In this document: positions 40,966 through 51,967 of the stretch, piece after piece | How positions within the stretch are numbered: the first letter of the stretch is position 1 | How the letters are laid out: every line of letters begins with the position of its first letter | Program-made: the position numbers and the translations under genes | The notes under the pieces: model-generated | Seen by the model: only the letters and a program-made list of their open reading frames with translations | The model's database searches: none | Told to the model about the DNA's origin: nothing | Origin: an uncultured Chloroflexia bacterium | GTDB taxonomy: Bacteria > Chloroflexota > Limnocylindria > Limnocylindrales > CSP1-4 | Length of the DNA stretch: 64,000 bases | Assembly (NCBI GenBank): GCA_963833225.1 | Contig: CAWHXD010000007.1 | Coordinates: forward strand, 416,001 to 480,000 | Direction: 5' to 3'

Positions 40966-43900
40966 GCACCGGCGACCGCTACCGGGGGCGGACCACCCGC
41001 CAGCGCAACGTCGCCGAGCGGGTCGCCCGGGAATGGGCCGAGCGGCGGGCCGCCGCGGAGGTCCGCGAGCAGGCCACGGACCTCGATGCCGCATCGGCCG
41101 AGGCGGAGGTCGAGCTGCTCGACCCGGCGGCGCACCGAGACGCCGCGGGTGTCGCCTCCCCACGTCCCCGGCGGGTCCGCCGGCCGGCTGAGACGGCACG
41201 GGCCGGCGAACGGTCGGGCTCGAAGGGCGCCGGGCGGCGCGTGCCGGACCTCGCGGTGCTGCCCGGGCTGCTCCACCCGACCGGCTCCTTCGCAAGCCTC
41301 CGCGAGCGGCTCGGACCGCTCGAATCGCCCTCGCTCCACGGGCGGCACGTGGGCCTCACCTCGGTTCCCCACGGCGCCAAGTCGTACCTCGCCGCGTCCC
41401 TCGCGCTCGCCGCGCATGGCGAGCGGATCTGCTGGGTCGCCCGCGACGCGGAGATCGGTGATCGGGTCGCGGAGGAGCTTGGCGCGTGGCTGGGCGACCC
41501 CGAGCTGGTGGCGGTGCTGGAGCCCAGGACGTCGCTCGCGTACGAGCGCTCCGAGCTCGTGCCCGACGAGACGGCGGCGCGGGTCGCGGCCCTGGCCGCC
41601 TGGCGCGCCGGGCGGGCCCGGGTGCTCGTGGCGTCGGTCCAGGCGCTGCTCCAGGCGACGCTCGCGCCGGCCGACCTGCCGGCCGAGCCGAGGATCCTCC
41701 GCCCGGGCTCCCGGCTCTCGCTCGACGCGCTCACGAGCGAGCTGTTCGACCGGGGCTACTCGCCGGTCCTGGAGGTCGCGGGACGGGGCGAGTTCGCCCG
41801 GCGGGGTGGCATCGTGGACGTGTTCCCGCCCTCGGCGCCATTGCCGGTGCGGATCGAGCTCTTTGGCGACGAGATCGACAGCCTCCGGGCGTTCGACCCC
41901 ACCGACCAGCGGAGCGTCGAGCCGGTCCGTGAGCTGGAGCTGCTCCCGGCGACCGAGTTCCTGCTTCCCGACGGGGGCGCGGACGAGATCCGGGCGCGGC
42001 TGGGCCGGCTGGGCGCGCGGCTCCCGGAGCGCCTCGCCCTGGACCTGTCGCGCTTCGCCGGAGAGGCGTCACCCGAGCGGCCCGCCACGCCCCACGCCGG
42101 TCGCGCGCTGGCAGCCGGGGACGCCGCCGAGGTCTGGTCACGGCTGATCGCCCCGTCGACCGGCCTCGACCACCTCGACCCCGACACGCTGTTCGTGCTC
42201 GACGAGCCGGGTGACCTCGCCGACGCGGCGGACTTCCTGTGGCGCCAGGCGGAGGAGCGCCACGCATGAGCTGGTGGACCAGGGCGAGCTGCCGCGGGAC
42301 TGGCCGCAGGGCTACCTGCCACCGCGCGACTGGAAGGCCCGGCTCCACGGCGCGCGAACGCTGGAGCTGACCTGGCAGAGCGAGGCCGCGGACGCCGCCG
42401 GGATGGCGTTCGCGTCCAAGGGGCTGACATCGGGGGACCTGTTCGGCTGGCGGGAGCCCGTCCTGCCCCCGGGCCGGACCGAGCGGCTGGTCGACGGGGT
42501 GGAACACTGGCTGGGCGAGGGCCGGCGCGTGGTGCTCGTGAGCGACCAGGCGCCCCGCCTGTCGGAGCTGCTGGGCGAGGCCGGCCATCCCGCGGGCATC
42601 GTCAGCCGGATCGCCGAGGCCCCGCCGCCGGGGGCGATCGCGCTGGTGGAGCGGAGCCTCAACGGCGGCTTCGAGGGCGGCCCGGACGGCCTGGCGGTGG
42701 TCACGGACCGCGAGCTGTTCGGCAGCGTCCGCGTCCGGCGGCCAAAGGCGATGCGCCGCGTGGTCCCCCGCGACATCCTCGAGCGCCTGACCCCCGGCGA
42801 CATGGTCGTGCACATCGACCACGGCATCGCGCGCTACGAGGGGATGCTCCGGCGCGGCGTGCCCGGTGAGGAGCGCGACTACCTGGAGCTCTCGTTCGCG
42901 GCCGCGGACCGGATCTTCGTTCCGGTCGAGCAGATCAACCGGGTCAGCCGGTACAGCGGCGGCGAGAATCCCCAGCTCTCGCGCCTGGGCGGCACGGACT
43001 GGCTGCGCACCAAGCAGCGCGTCCGCAAGGCGGTCAACGACCTCGCGGAGGAGCTCCTCAACCTGTACGCGAAGCGCGAGGCCGCAGCGGGCTTCGGGTA
43101 CGCGACGGACACGCCGTGGCAGGGCGAGATGGAGGCGTCGTTCCCGTACGAGGAGACGCCGGACCAGCTCCGCGCCTCGGTCGAGGTCAAGGTCGACATG
43201 GAGGCGCGCAAGCCGATGGACCGGCTGGTCGTGGGCGACGTTGGCTACGGCAAGACCGAGGTGGCGCTGCGAGCCGCGTTCAAGGCGACGCAGGACGGCA
43301 AGCAGGTCGCGGTCCTGGTGCCGACGACCGTGCTGGCCGGGCAGCACTTCACCACGTTCTCCCAGCGGTTCGCGGCGTTCCCGCTGACCGTGAAGCTGCT
43401 GTCGCGGTTCGTGGGCGCGAAGGAGCAGGCGGCGACCATCGACGGCCTGGCGGCCGGGACCGTGGACATCGTGATCGGGACGCACCGGCTGCTGTCGAAG
43501 GACGTCGCGTTCCGGGACCTGGGCCTGGTGGTGGTCGACGAGGAGCAGCGGTTTGGCGTCGCGGCCAAGGAGCGGCTCAAGCAGCTGCGCTCCGCGGTGG
43601 ACGTGCTGACCATGTCCGCCACCCCGATCCCGCGGACGCTCAACCTGGCGCTGGCCGGGATCCGGGACCTGTCGGTGATCGAGACGCCGCCGGAGGATCG
43701 GCTGCCGATCCAGACCCGCGTGGCGGAGGCATCGGCCGGCCTGGTGCGGGACGCGATCCTGCGCGAGCTCGATCGCGGCGGCCAGGTGTTCTACGTCCAC
43801 AACCGGGTCGAGACCATCGAGGCCCAGGCGGAGCAGCTCCGCCGGCTCCTGCCCGGGGCCAGGATCGTCGTCGGGCATGGCCAGATGGGGGAGGGCACGC

Positions 43901-44838
43901 TCGAGAAGGTGATGCTCACCTTCGCGGACGGCGCCGCCGACGTCCTCGTGTGCACCACGATCATCGAGTCGGGGCTGGACATCCCCAACGCGAACACGAT
44001 CGTCATCGACCGCGCGGACACCCTCGGCCTCGCCCAGCTGTACCAGCTCCGGGGTCGGGTGGGCCGGTCGTCCCGGCGCGCCTACGCATACCTGCTCTAC
44101 CGCCGGCGCGAGCGGATGAGCGAAGAGGCGCGCAAGCGGCTCCAGGCCATCTTCAACGCCTCTGAGCTGGGCGCCGGGTTCCAGATCGCGCTCGCGGACC
44201 TCGAGATCCGCGGGGCCGGCAACATCCTGGGCGGGGAGCAGAGCGGGTTCATGGCCTCGGTGGGCTTCGACCTGTACTCGCGGCTGCTGGGCGAGGCGGT
44301 CGAGGAGGCCAAGGCGCGTCGCGAGGATCGCGAGCCGGTGCGGGACGTGCCCCAGGCCGTGGTGGACCTGCCCGTGGACGCGCACCTGCCCGATTCGTAC
44401 GTGCCCGACGAGGCCCAGAAGCTGGAGCTGTACCGGCGGCTGGCGAGGGCGCGGTCGGCCGGTGACGTCGCCGCGTTCCGCCAGGAGGTCACCGATCGCT
44501 ACGGCCCGATGCCGGCGCCCGTCCTGCGGCTGGTCGAGGTGGCGGAGCTGCGACTCTCGGCCGAGGGCGCCGGGGTGGCGTCGCTGTCGCGCGAGGAAGG
44601 GTGGCTGGTCGTCCGCTTCGGTGCCGGGCTCTCCCGCTCCACCGCGATGCAGCTCCTCTCGCCATCGTTTGGCGCCCCGCTGCCCGGCGTGCGACCCGGG
44701 GACATGACGTTCGCGTCCAACCAGGTGCGGATCCGGCTGCCGAAGGATGCGCTCAAGGGCTGGGTGCTGACGCAGGCGGTGGTCTCCCGGCTGGTGGCGG
44801 CAGCGGGAGCGATGGCCGCAGGGGCGACGGCAGGATGA
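40962..44838 (+). CDS. mfd: Transcription-repair coupling factor (frameshift near 42265; start uncertain)
   Basis: RGGIVDVF, VVHIDHGIARY, GDVGYGKTEVA, DEEQRFG, QLRGRVGR. Confidence 0.93.
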
Positions 44839-45395
44839 GCCCTCGACCCAACCGTCCGATCGACATCGGCCTTCGGCCGTGGCGCCCAGACGACCTTGAG
44901 CTCATGACCCGACTCTTTGGAGATCCCGCCATGACCACCCACCTCGGTGGGCCGGAGTCGCCCGAGCAGCTGCAGTCACGGCTCGATCGCTACCTGGCGA
45001 CGACCTCCAGGGACGACGGGTTGTTCGTGATCACCGCCGGACCGGACGGCGAACCAGCCGGCACGGTCGTGTTCTGGGCACACACCATTCGTGGCGAGCC
45101 GGCACTCGAGATCGGCTGGAGCGTGCTCGCAGCGTTCCAGGGACGCGGCATCGCGACCCGCGCCACGGCTCGCTGCCTCGAGATCGCGGCCGCCGAGACC
45201 GGGTACCGGACCATCCACGCCTTCCCGGCGGTGGACAACGCCGCCTCGAACGCGGTCTGCCGCAAGCTGGGCTTCGAGCTCGTGGAGACGACAGTCGTCG
45301 AATATCCGGTTGGGCACATGATGACCTGCAACGACTGGTCGCTCGAGCTGGACCGCTTTCGGCCGGGCCCGTCCGCGGGATCAGGGGAGCGATGA
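44835..45395 (+). CDS. GNAT acetyltransferase (RimL-like)
   Basis: EIGWSVLAAFQGRGIAT, NAASNAVCRKLGF. Confidence 0.88.
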   Translation: MSPRPNRPIDIGLRPWRPDDLELMTRLFGDPAMTTHLGGPESPEQLQSRLDRYLATTSRDDGLFVITAGPDGEPAGTVVFWAHTIRGEPALEIGWSVLAAFQGRGIATRATARCLEIAAAETGYRTIHAFPAVDNAASNAVCRKLGFELVETTVVEYPVGHMMTCNDWSLELDRFRPGPSAGSGER

Positions 45396-46009
45396 CCGAG
45401 AAGTCGCGTCTCGATGGGCTGCCCCGCTGGGGGTTCGCGTCGCCGGGCGGACCTAGCGCCATGCCGCAGCTCGTGACGCCCGATGTTCGCTATCGGCGAT
45501 CGTTCGCCGCCGCGATGGAGGAGTCTCGGGCGGAGGGTCGGGGATCGGCTGACGACCGATCCGTCATCGGCCGCTACCTGCGGGACCATCCGCAGGGGCT
45601 GGCCAGCGACGAGGTCTTCGGTGGGCTCGTCGCCGCGATCCGGGCGGACCGGCTCGAGGACACGCCACGCCCGCCGGGCTTCGTGCCGGGCACCGAGCTG
45701 TGGTGGGTCGATGGCGACCAGTACCTCGGCCGGGTCGGCGTGCGCCACCGGCTGACGCCGGTGCTGCTCGAGATCGGCTACATCGGCTACGACGTCCGGC
45801 CCTCGGCCCGGCGGCGCGGTCACGCGACCGAGATGCTCCGGCAGGCGCTGCTCGTGGCGCGCGAGCTTGGCATCGACCCGGCGCTCGTCACCTGCGACGT
45901 CGACAACGAGGGCTCGCGAACGGTCATCGAGCGCAATGGCGGTGTCCTCGAGGACGAGCGCCAGGGGAAGCTGCGCTACTGGGTGCCGACGACGGTGCGC
46001 GATGCGTGA
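45392..46009 (+). CDS. GNAT acetyltransferase
   Basis: IGYDVRPSARRRGHAT, VTCDVDNEGSRTVIERNGG; start may be 45461. Confidence 0.88.
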   Translation: MTEKSRLDGLPRWGFASPGGPSAMPQLVTPDVRYRRSFAAAMEESRAEGRGSADDRSVIGRYLRDHPQGLASDEVFGGLVAAIRADRLEDTPRPPGFVPGTELWWVDGDQYLGRVGVRHRLTPVLLEIGYIGYDVRPSARRRGHATEMLRQALLVARELGIDPALVTCDVDNEGSRTVIERNGGVLEDERQGKLRYWVPTTVRDA

Positions 46010-46805
46010 CGGGGCCGTGCACGAACTGCGGGACCACGAAGGGCGGCCGATCGACTTCGGGCGGGCGGCAGTCGACTACGACCGCTACCGTCCCGGCTTC
46101 CCCGACGACTTCTTCGATCGCCTCGGGCAACTGGGCTGGATCGAGCGAGGCATGCGGTCGCTGGACCTCGGCACCGGCACCGGCTCGCTTGCCCTCGGAT
46201 TCGCCGCCAGGGGACTGCGGGTCACCGGGCTCGACCTCGCCCCGGACCTGCTCGACGTGGCCCGCCGCGCCGCCGCTGATCGCGGGCTCGAAGCCGAGTT
46301 TCTCGCGGGTGCTGCCGAGGCCACCGGGCTGGACGACGCCAGCTTCGATCTCGTGAGCGCCGGCCAATGCTGGTGGTGGTTCGACAGCGACCTCGCTGCC
46401 GGGGAGGCCGCCCGGCTGCTCGTGACCGGCGGACGCCTGCTCATCTGCAACTTCAGCTACCTGACGCTGACGGGCAACGTGTGCGCCCGATCCGAGGCCC
46501 TGGTGCTCCAGCACAATCCCGGCTGGACCATGTCCAGCTGGACGGGGGTCCACCCGGAGCAGGTCCGGGCGCTCGACGAGGCCGGTTTCCGGAACGTGGA
46601 GAGCTTCAGCTACACCGTCGATGTCCCCTTCTCGCACGAGGCATGGCGCGGCCGCATGCGGACCTGCAACGGCGTCGGTCCCTCGCTCGGGCCTGCCCAG
46701 GTGGAGCGGTTCGACCGCGATCTCGGCGCCCTTCTCGCGGCGGAGTTCCCGGGCGAGCTGTTGATCCCTCACCGGGTGTTCGCGACGAGTGGCCTGAAGC
46801 CCTGA
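46002..46805 (+). CDS. Class I SAM-dependent methyltransferase
   Basis: DYDRYRPGFP, LDLGTGTG, AGQCWWWFD. Confidence 0.9.
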   Translation: MRDGAVHELRDHEGRPIDFGRAAVDYDRYRPGFPDDFFDRLGQLGWIERGMRSLDLGTGTGSLALGFAARGLRVTGLDLAPDLLDVARRAAADRGLEAEFLAGAAEATGLDDASFDLVSAGQCWWWFDSDLAAGEAARLLVTGGRLLICNFSYLTLTGNVCARSEALVLQHNPGWTMSSWTGVHPEQVRALDEAGFRNVESFSYTVDVPFSHEAWRGRMRTCNGVGPSLGPAQVERFDRDLGALLAAEFPGELLIPHRVFATSGLKP

Positions 46806-46859
46806 AGTGGCCCCAGTCCATCGATGATGAGTGTTCAGGCGACATCACCCTCGCGGACG
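46791..46859 (+). repeat. 69-bp perfect direct repeat, copy 1
   Basis: Identical to 47473-47541; includes the last codons and stop of the methyltransferase. Confidence 0.95.
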
Positions 46860-47058
46860 AGGAGGACACGGCTCGGCTCCGGCGGCGATCCGGACACGCC
46901 TATCCGACTGACTCCGCAGCCACCACAGGTTGTGGTTCGGCGACAACCGGCATCTTGACGACCGAGAGCCAGTCGCGCAGGCTCGCGGTAAGGGGCCGGA
47001 CGGTCCCTCCCGGCCGCTCCGAGGGGCGCGGCTCGCATCTCCAACAAGGACCCCTGCG

Positions 47059-47445
47059 TTGCGCCTTCGCCCTGGCTTCGCCACTGTCACGCTCGCCCTG
47101 GTCATGGCGCTGTCCCTCGCAGGGTGCGGCGCGAGCGAGCCGAAGGTCGTATCGGACATCGAGGCAGCGGCCATCGCGATTGTCGGTCGCGGAAATGTCC
47201 GCGCTGACCACTTCGACGGCGAGCCAGACGGGTGAATCGTCTTCGTCGTCACCTTCGAGCCGGACACGGTGCGCGACGCGGTGTTGGCGCTGTTCGACGG
47301 ACGGGGCTACGCCATCGAGCAGTCGGGCTCGAAGACGCTGGTCGCCGGCGGACTCTGGATCGAGGCAGGGGAGGATGATCTATACACGGTGAACGTGTGG
47401 GTGCCCACAAGCGCCCTCGGACAGGACGGCTACCCAGCGAACTGA
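47059..47445 (+). pseudogene. Putative lipoprotein with an in-frame TGA at 47233-47235
   Basis: AAGGA RBS, TTG start and LAGC lipobox; the same frame continues for about 70 codons after the TGA. Confidence 0.6.
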
Positions 47446-47472
47446 CGTGCTCCCCCGCGCGGGAGACTGAGC

Positions 47473-47541
47473 GGCCTGAAGCCCTGAAGTGGCCCCAGTC
47501 CATCGATGATGAGTGTTCAGGCGACATCACCCTCGCGGACG
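47473..47541 (+). repeat. 69-bp perfect direct repeat, copy 2
   Basis: Identical to 46791-46859. Confidence 0.95.
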
Positions 47542-47663
47542 GGACGCACCCGTTATCGGGGGAGGTGACGATACTCACAGAAGCGCGCCAACTTGTGCCC
47601 CGACTGCTCTTGGGTGACGATGGAGCGAACGTCGGTGGAGACCCGACCAGGAAGGGGGACGAA

Positions 47664-47966
47664 GTGCGCGTTTTGCCGTTCTTGCTGGGGACGCTCCTGG
47701 TCGCGGCTTCCATCGGGGCATGCCGACAGCGCGACGACGTGGCTGACGGCTTCCCTCGGCGCGTGCGTGAACTTCGACGGGTCGCCGGATGGCGACCACC
47801 AGCAGATCGGGAACGCCGACTGCTCCGGCCCACACACCCACGTTGTTCTCTCCTGGGTGGGCAGGGACGCCACGTGCCCGACTGGATCCGGCGTTCCGAG
47901 TGCGGGGGCCCCGAAGGCAAGTTGTGCCAGCGCGCCGAGATCGGGACCGGAGCGCAAGTCCGTAGC
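47664..47966 (+). pseudogene. Cys-rich putative lipoprotein, frameshifted
   Basis: MRVLPFLLGTLLVAASIGAC signal, then GACV...ADCSGPHTHVV...TCP in another frame; end approximate. Confidence 0.5.
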
Positions 47967-48012
47967 TCACGAACGCGGACGGGCTATGCGGCTCATCCAA
48001 GCGCGTCCGCCC

Positions 48013-49409
48013 CTGATATACCGCCTTGTGGGTCGATCATGACATCGACCTCCACGGGGAGACCGGCGCAGCCCTATCCGGCAGATGACCGTTGTCGCTA
48101 GTGTCCGGCCCCGACCTTCGGCGGAATCGGTGATCGGGACCCAGCGGCAGTAGACGGTGATCGGAGCCGAGGAGACGTCGGCAGAGGTCCGGGAACCCAT
48201 GAGGCCGCCGAAGGAGGTGGCCAGGATCACGACGATCATCACATCTGGGGACGGACGCACGTCGCGGCCGCTGCGGGACGGCGAGTCCCGGGCCGACCGG
48301 AGATCCTCCGGTCAGCAAGGACCGAGAGGGCTACACGCCCTGGAACTGGCTGAGAGCAGCCGGAACGGACGCTCGTGACGATGGAGTCGTCGGGCCACTA
48401 CTGGATGCCGCTGGCCAGTCACCTGCGGCGGCGCGATGTCGCGGTCGCGGTGGTCAACCCGCTCGCGGCGAAGTACATTCGAGGAACCGCCTGGGCCGAC
48501 GGAGTCCGACCGGCCCACACCACGAAGCCTTGCCGAGATGGCCATGCGCGACACGCCCGACACCCGCGATCCGCTCGCCGGCGCCGAGCTGCGCCAGGCG
48601 GCCCGCTACGCGATGACCCGGTGACCGAGCAGGCCGGGTCTGCCAGCGCCTCATCCGCCTCGTCGAGCTCGGCTTCCCGGAGCTCGGCGAGCTGTTCGAC
48701 GACCCGACTTGCCGAACGGCCCGGGAGGTGCTGCGCATCGCGCCGACGGCACGCGCTGCCACCCGTCGCCGGACGTCGACCCTGGCCAAGCCAATGCCGG
48801 TCCGGGTCACCGACGCCTCGGGACGGCGAAGGCGGAGTGGCTCCAGGCGGCTGCGGCACTCGATCGCGGTGCCCGGGCTTGACGCCGAGATCGCCTTCGA
48901 GGTCGACCTCCTGCTCGACCAGTACGACCTGCTCGAACGCCAGATCGGCGACGCCGACCGGCGGGTCGCGGGACTCCTCGACGGCGAGACGGCCAGCCGG
49001 CTCCAGACCATCCCGGGTGTCGGGCCCTCGATCGCCGCCACCCTGCTCGCTGAGATCGGCGACATCGGGCGCTTCACCGACTTCGACCAGCTCCTCGCCT
49101 ATGCCGGCGTCCACCCGGCCGAGCGGAGCTCGGGCCGCAAGGGGGCGAACCCCGAGACCTCCTGGCACATGAGCAAGGCCGGCAACGCCAACCTCCGGGC
49201 AGCGGCGTACCGGATGGCGGTCGTCGGGGTCCAGCACAACCCGGTCATCGCTGCCCACTACGCCCGGAAGCGGGCCGCCGGCAAGAGCAAGATGAAGCGC
49301 TCGGCCACTGCATGCCAAGGCTCTGAGCATCGTCTGGGGCGTCTGGCGCAACGGAGCGGACTTCGACCCGGACTGGGGGGCCGAGGCTTGACAAGACCCT
49401 ATGGGATCT
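48013..49409 (+). mobile_element. IS110-family insertion sequence (transposase heavily frameshifted)
   Basis: MESSGHYW...VVNP, LQTIPGVGPSIAATLLAEIGD, AYAGVHP...SSG, SKAGN; CT at both inferred ends; TTGACA in the right end. Confidence 0.88.
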
Positions 49410-49472
49410 AGCTGGTCACCAGGTGTGGTTGACACACGCTCGCGGACTCGTTGGAGTTGTACCTTCCCCGTC

Positions 49473-49931
49473 ATGGTTGAGCCAGCCGCACCGCACGATC
49501 CCGAGGGCCGCGTGATGGCGGCGCTCATCCAAGCCTGCCCCTCATTCGCGGAGCCTTGGCAGCGCCACATGGGCGAGTGGGACGATGCCGCGCAGGATCG
49601 CGGGCCGTACACCGACGTCGGCGTATTCGCCGCGCACCTGGTGCACCTTCTCGAGGTCGGCGACACGTCGGAGCTCGGCGACGTTTTCCGGCAGGTCGAA
49701 CGGCTGTTGATCGAGGGGGACGACGGCATCCGATACCTGACCAAGGTCGGACTGCTCGAAGACGTGGGCAACATCGCATCCAAGCGTCGTGGGTGGCCGT
49801 TCGCCGAGCGCTTCAGGTCTTGGTTCGGGCCCGCAACCACGCAGGTGTGGGCCGAACTTCAGCCAGATGTGGGGCACGACGCCGACCGGGTGACATTGGC
49901 GCGCACGGTCGCGGACGGCGGACTGACGTAA
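49473..49931 (+). CDS. Small acidic hypothetical protein, immunity-protein-like
   Basis: Acidic helical ORF with FRQVERLLIEGD...VGLLED; the true stop may be TGA at 49893 in a shifted frame. Confidence 0.65.
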   Translation: MVEPAAPHDPEGRVMAALIQACPSFAEPWQRHMGEWDDAAQDRGPYTDVGVFAAHLVHLLEVGDTSELGDVFRQVERLLIEGDDGIRYLTKVGLLEDVGNIASKRRGWPFAERFRSWFGPATTQVWAELQPDVGHDADRVTLARTVADGGLT

Positions 49932-49941
49932 CCTGCGAGCC

Positions 49942-50307
49942 ATGAACGACGGCGCCAACGACCCTGCGTTCGGCGGAATCGATCCCGATATCCAACGGAT
50001 CCTGGCGGTCATGCTCGCGGCCGACTTCCCCGGCCGGGATGCCGTCGTCGCCCAGATCGCCACCGCCAAGGGGCGCCGCATCGATGACGACGGCTCACTT
50101 GAGCTCTCGGTCGTCGACGCTCCCCCAGCCGCGGTCGAGAGACGCATTCCGGTCGAGGCCGAGGTCGAGGATCTTGATGGCGTGACGGTCCATCTCCTGC
50201 TGCACGTCCTCGATGGCTTTGCCAGCGAGCTGGAGATCTTCAGGGAGGACTCGGCCCCTCTCCTGGGCCCACTCCCCCCAGGCGCCCTTCGGGTCATCGT
50301 CTTGTAG
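49942..50307 (+). CDS. Small acidic protein (DUF6984-like, immunity-protein-like)
   Basis: EAEVEDLDGVTVHLLLHVLDGFASELEIFRED pattern; leaderless TAACCT promoter. Confidence 0.7.
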   Translation: MNDGANDPAFGGIDPDIQRILAVMLAADFPGRDAVVAQIATAKGRRIDDDGSLELSVVDAPPAAVERRIPVEAEVEDLDGVTVHLLLHVLDGFASELEIFREDSAPLLGPLPPGALRVIVL

Positions 50308-50425
50308 GGCCGGGCCCATAGGTCCCACAGCCCAGCCGAATGGCCCGCGGAGAGATGACATTCCCGACGCTCGCGGAGGCGCGTGCACTACCATCGGCTC
50401 CGATGGAGCGCTACCTCCCTCCGCC

Positions 50426-50848
50426 ATGGACACCATTGGCATGCTGCCTTCAAAACCCCTTCGAGCGGCGGCCGTCGCGGCCCACGGCGCGCTGGCCATC
50501 GCCCTTGCCGTCCTGGCGTTGCCGGGAGTCCGACGGGTGCTGAGTGACGCCACCGCCGGTGACCTCCCTGGCCTGATCCCGATCGCGTTCGTGGTGGTCC
50601 CGATCGGTCTGTCCGTCGTGATCGTCTGGCTGGTCCGACACTGGCTGCGGCGGGGCATCGCGTGGCCGCTGCTGCTCGCGGACGGCGGCATCGCAATCGT
50701 GGCGTGGTGGGTGGGCTGGGTCTTCCTCCTCAGCAAGAGCGACGTGGTGGTGCTCGCCCTCACCCTCGTCCTCGGGCTCGCGCCTGCCTGCGTCCTGCTC
50801 ACCCTGGTCGCCGCGCTTCGTGCTCAACGGCGAGTCGGCGCCACCTGA
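50426..50848 (+). CDS. Four-TM membrane protein
   Basis: Hydrophobic ORF. Confidence 0.65.
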   Translation: MDTIGMLPSKPLRAAAVAAHGALAIALAVLALPGVRRVLSDATAGDLPGLIPIAFVVVPIGLSVVIVWLVRHWLRRGIAWPLLLADGGIAIVAWWVGWVFLLSKSDVVVLALTLVLGLAPACVLLTLVAALRAQRRVGAT

Positions 50849-50931
50849 GGCTGTCAGGACGCAGCGAACGCGCGGAGCGGGAGCCGGCGGGCCGACGCTC
50901 GGCGCGGCGTGTTGTCACGAGGGGAACGAAG

Positions 50932-51231
50932 ATGAGAAGGCGCTGGATCGCGCTCGCGTTCGTCGGCGCGCTGCTGGTGGCGTGGGTTCTCGTCGGCATG
51001 GTCAGGGCCGAGAGCGCCGCGAGGGCCTGGTTCGCCGGGGCGCACGGCCCGGGCGCGACTGTGGCGAACGTCGAGGTCACGGGCGTTGCGCCCGGGATCC
51101 CGCCGTTCTGGCAGGTAACGATCAGCGGTGACGTGATCGAAGCTGGGCGGACGACGGCTTCCTACCGGTCCTACATGAACGTGTGGATCGAGCCGATCAC
51201 AGGGTTCGGCTTCGCCAACGGATCCGGCTGA
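50932..51231 (+). CDS. Small exported protein
   Basis: GAGGGG RBS; MRRRWIALAFVGALL signal/anchor. Confidence 0.7.
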   Translation: MRRRWIALAFVGALLVAWVLVGMVRAESAARAWFAGAHGPGATVANVEVTGVAPGIPPFWQVTISGDVIEAGRTTASYRSYMNVWIEPITGFGFANGSG

Positions 51232-51967
51232 CCTACAACCGCCCGAGCAGGTAGCCGAAGGCCGCGACTTCGGGCGGTGGCGCAGGCTTTCGCGCTGCTA
51301 CGAGGGCACGCCCGAGAGCGCCCGGACCTGGCTGAGTTCGCCTCGAACCCGGACCGATGGCCCCGCCTGGTCGCCGCGCTGCAGTTCGAGGAGGGGTTCG
51401 AGCAGGACCCGGTGCGGCAGTCGACGCGGGTGGGTGGTGGTGCCTGAGCGGGTGTCATTCCCGCACGCTGCTAAGCGCCGATGCCGCCATGCGGCTCGAG
51501 CGGCGTCATCAGAGCTTCAGCGACCCATTGAGCCTCCCGATCGCGTTCTTGATGGGGCGATGGCTACCGGCGAAGGGGGAGTCACTGCGACCGGCCTGTT
51601 TCCGCATCGGGCGATTCCTGCCAGCCAGTCACAGGACGACTGCTCGTCCCGACCCGGCGGCGTCGACGCCCAGGTCGGGGCCTATGTCGGCCTGTGCGGT
51701 TGACACGTAGTCGTCTGGTGGCTGACCGACAGCAGATCCGATGTCGCCGGGGACCAGGCCCGCGACGAACAGTCGTACTCTGACTCCCTGGCGGGACCGG
51801 TTCTGGCACCGCGCGTCCAGGGGGCCGCCGGGCGGCACTGGACACCGGCGGGCACCGTGGTTCCGCAGGGGGTGACCTTCACGCACGCTCGCGGACGCGA
51901 CCAAGATGTCCCGCGCCGCGAGACCCGCCCGCGCTAGCCTTGGGTGACCAGTGCAAGGAGACGCGCG

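Noticed and set aside
42240-42270. Programmed frameshift in mfd
   Set aside because: No slippery sequence is present, and it fits the indel pattern seen throughout the window.
41731-44385. Long antisense and alternate-frame ORFs such as this 884-aa one
   Set aside because: These are shadow ORFs caused by high GC and stop-codon scarcity opposite real genes.
46922-46936. ACCACAGGTTGTGGT palindrome resembling an NrdR box
   Set aside because: It is a single copy with no nrd gene nearby, so it cannot be supported as functional.
47233-47235. In-frame TGA as selenocysteine or recoding
   Set aside because: There is no redox motif or recognisable SECIS; a TGG-to-TGA change or base-call error is simpler.
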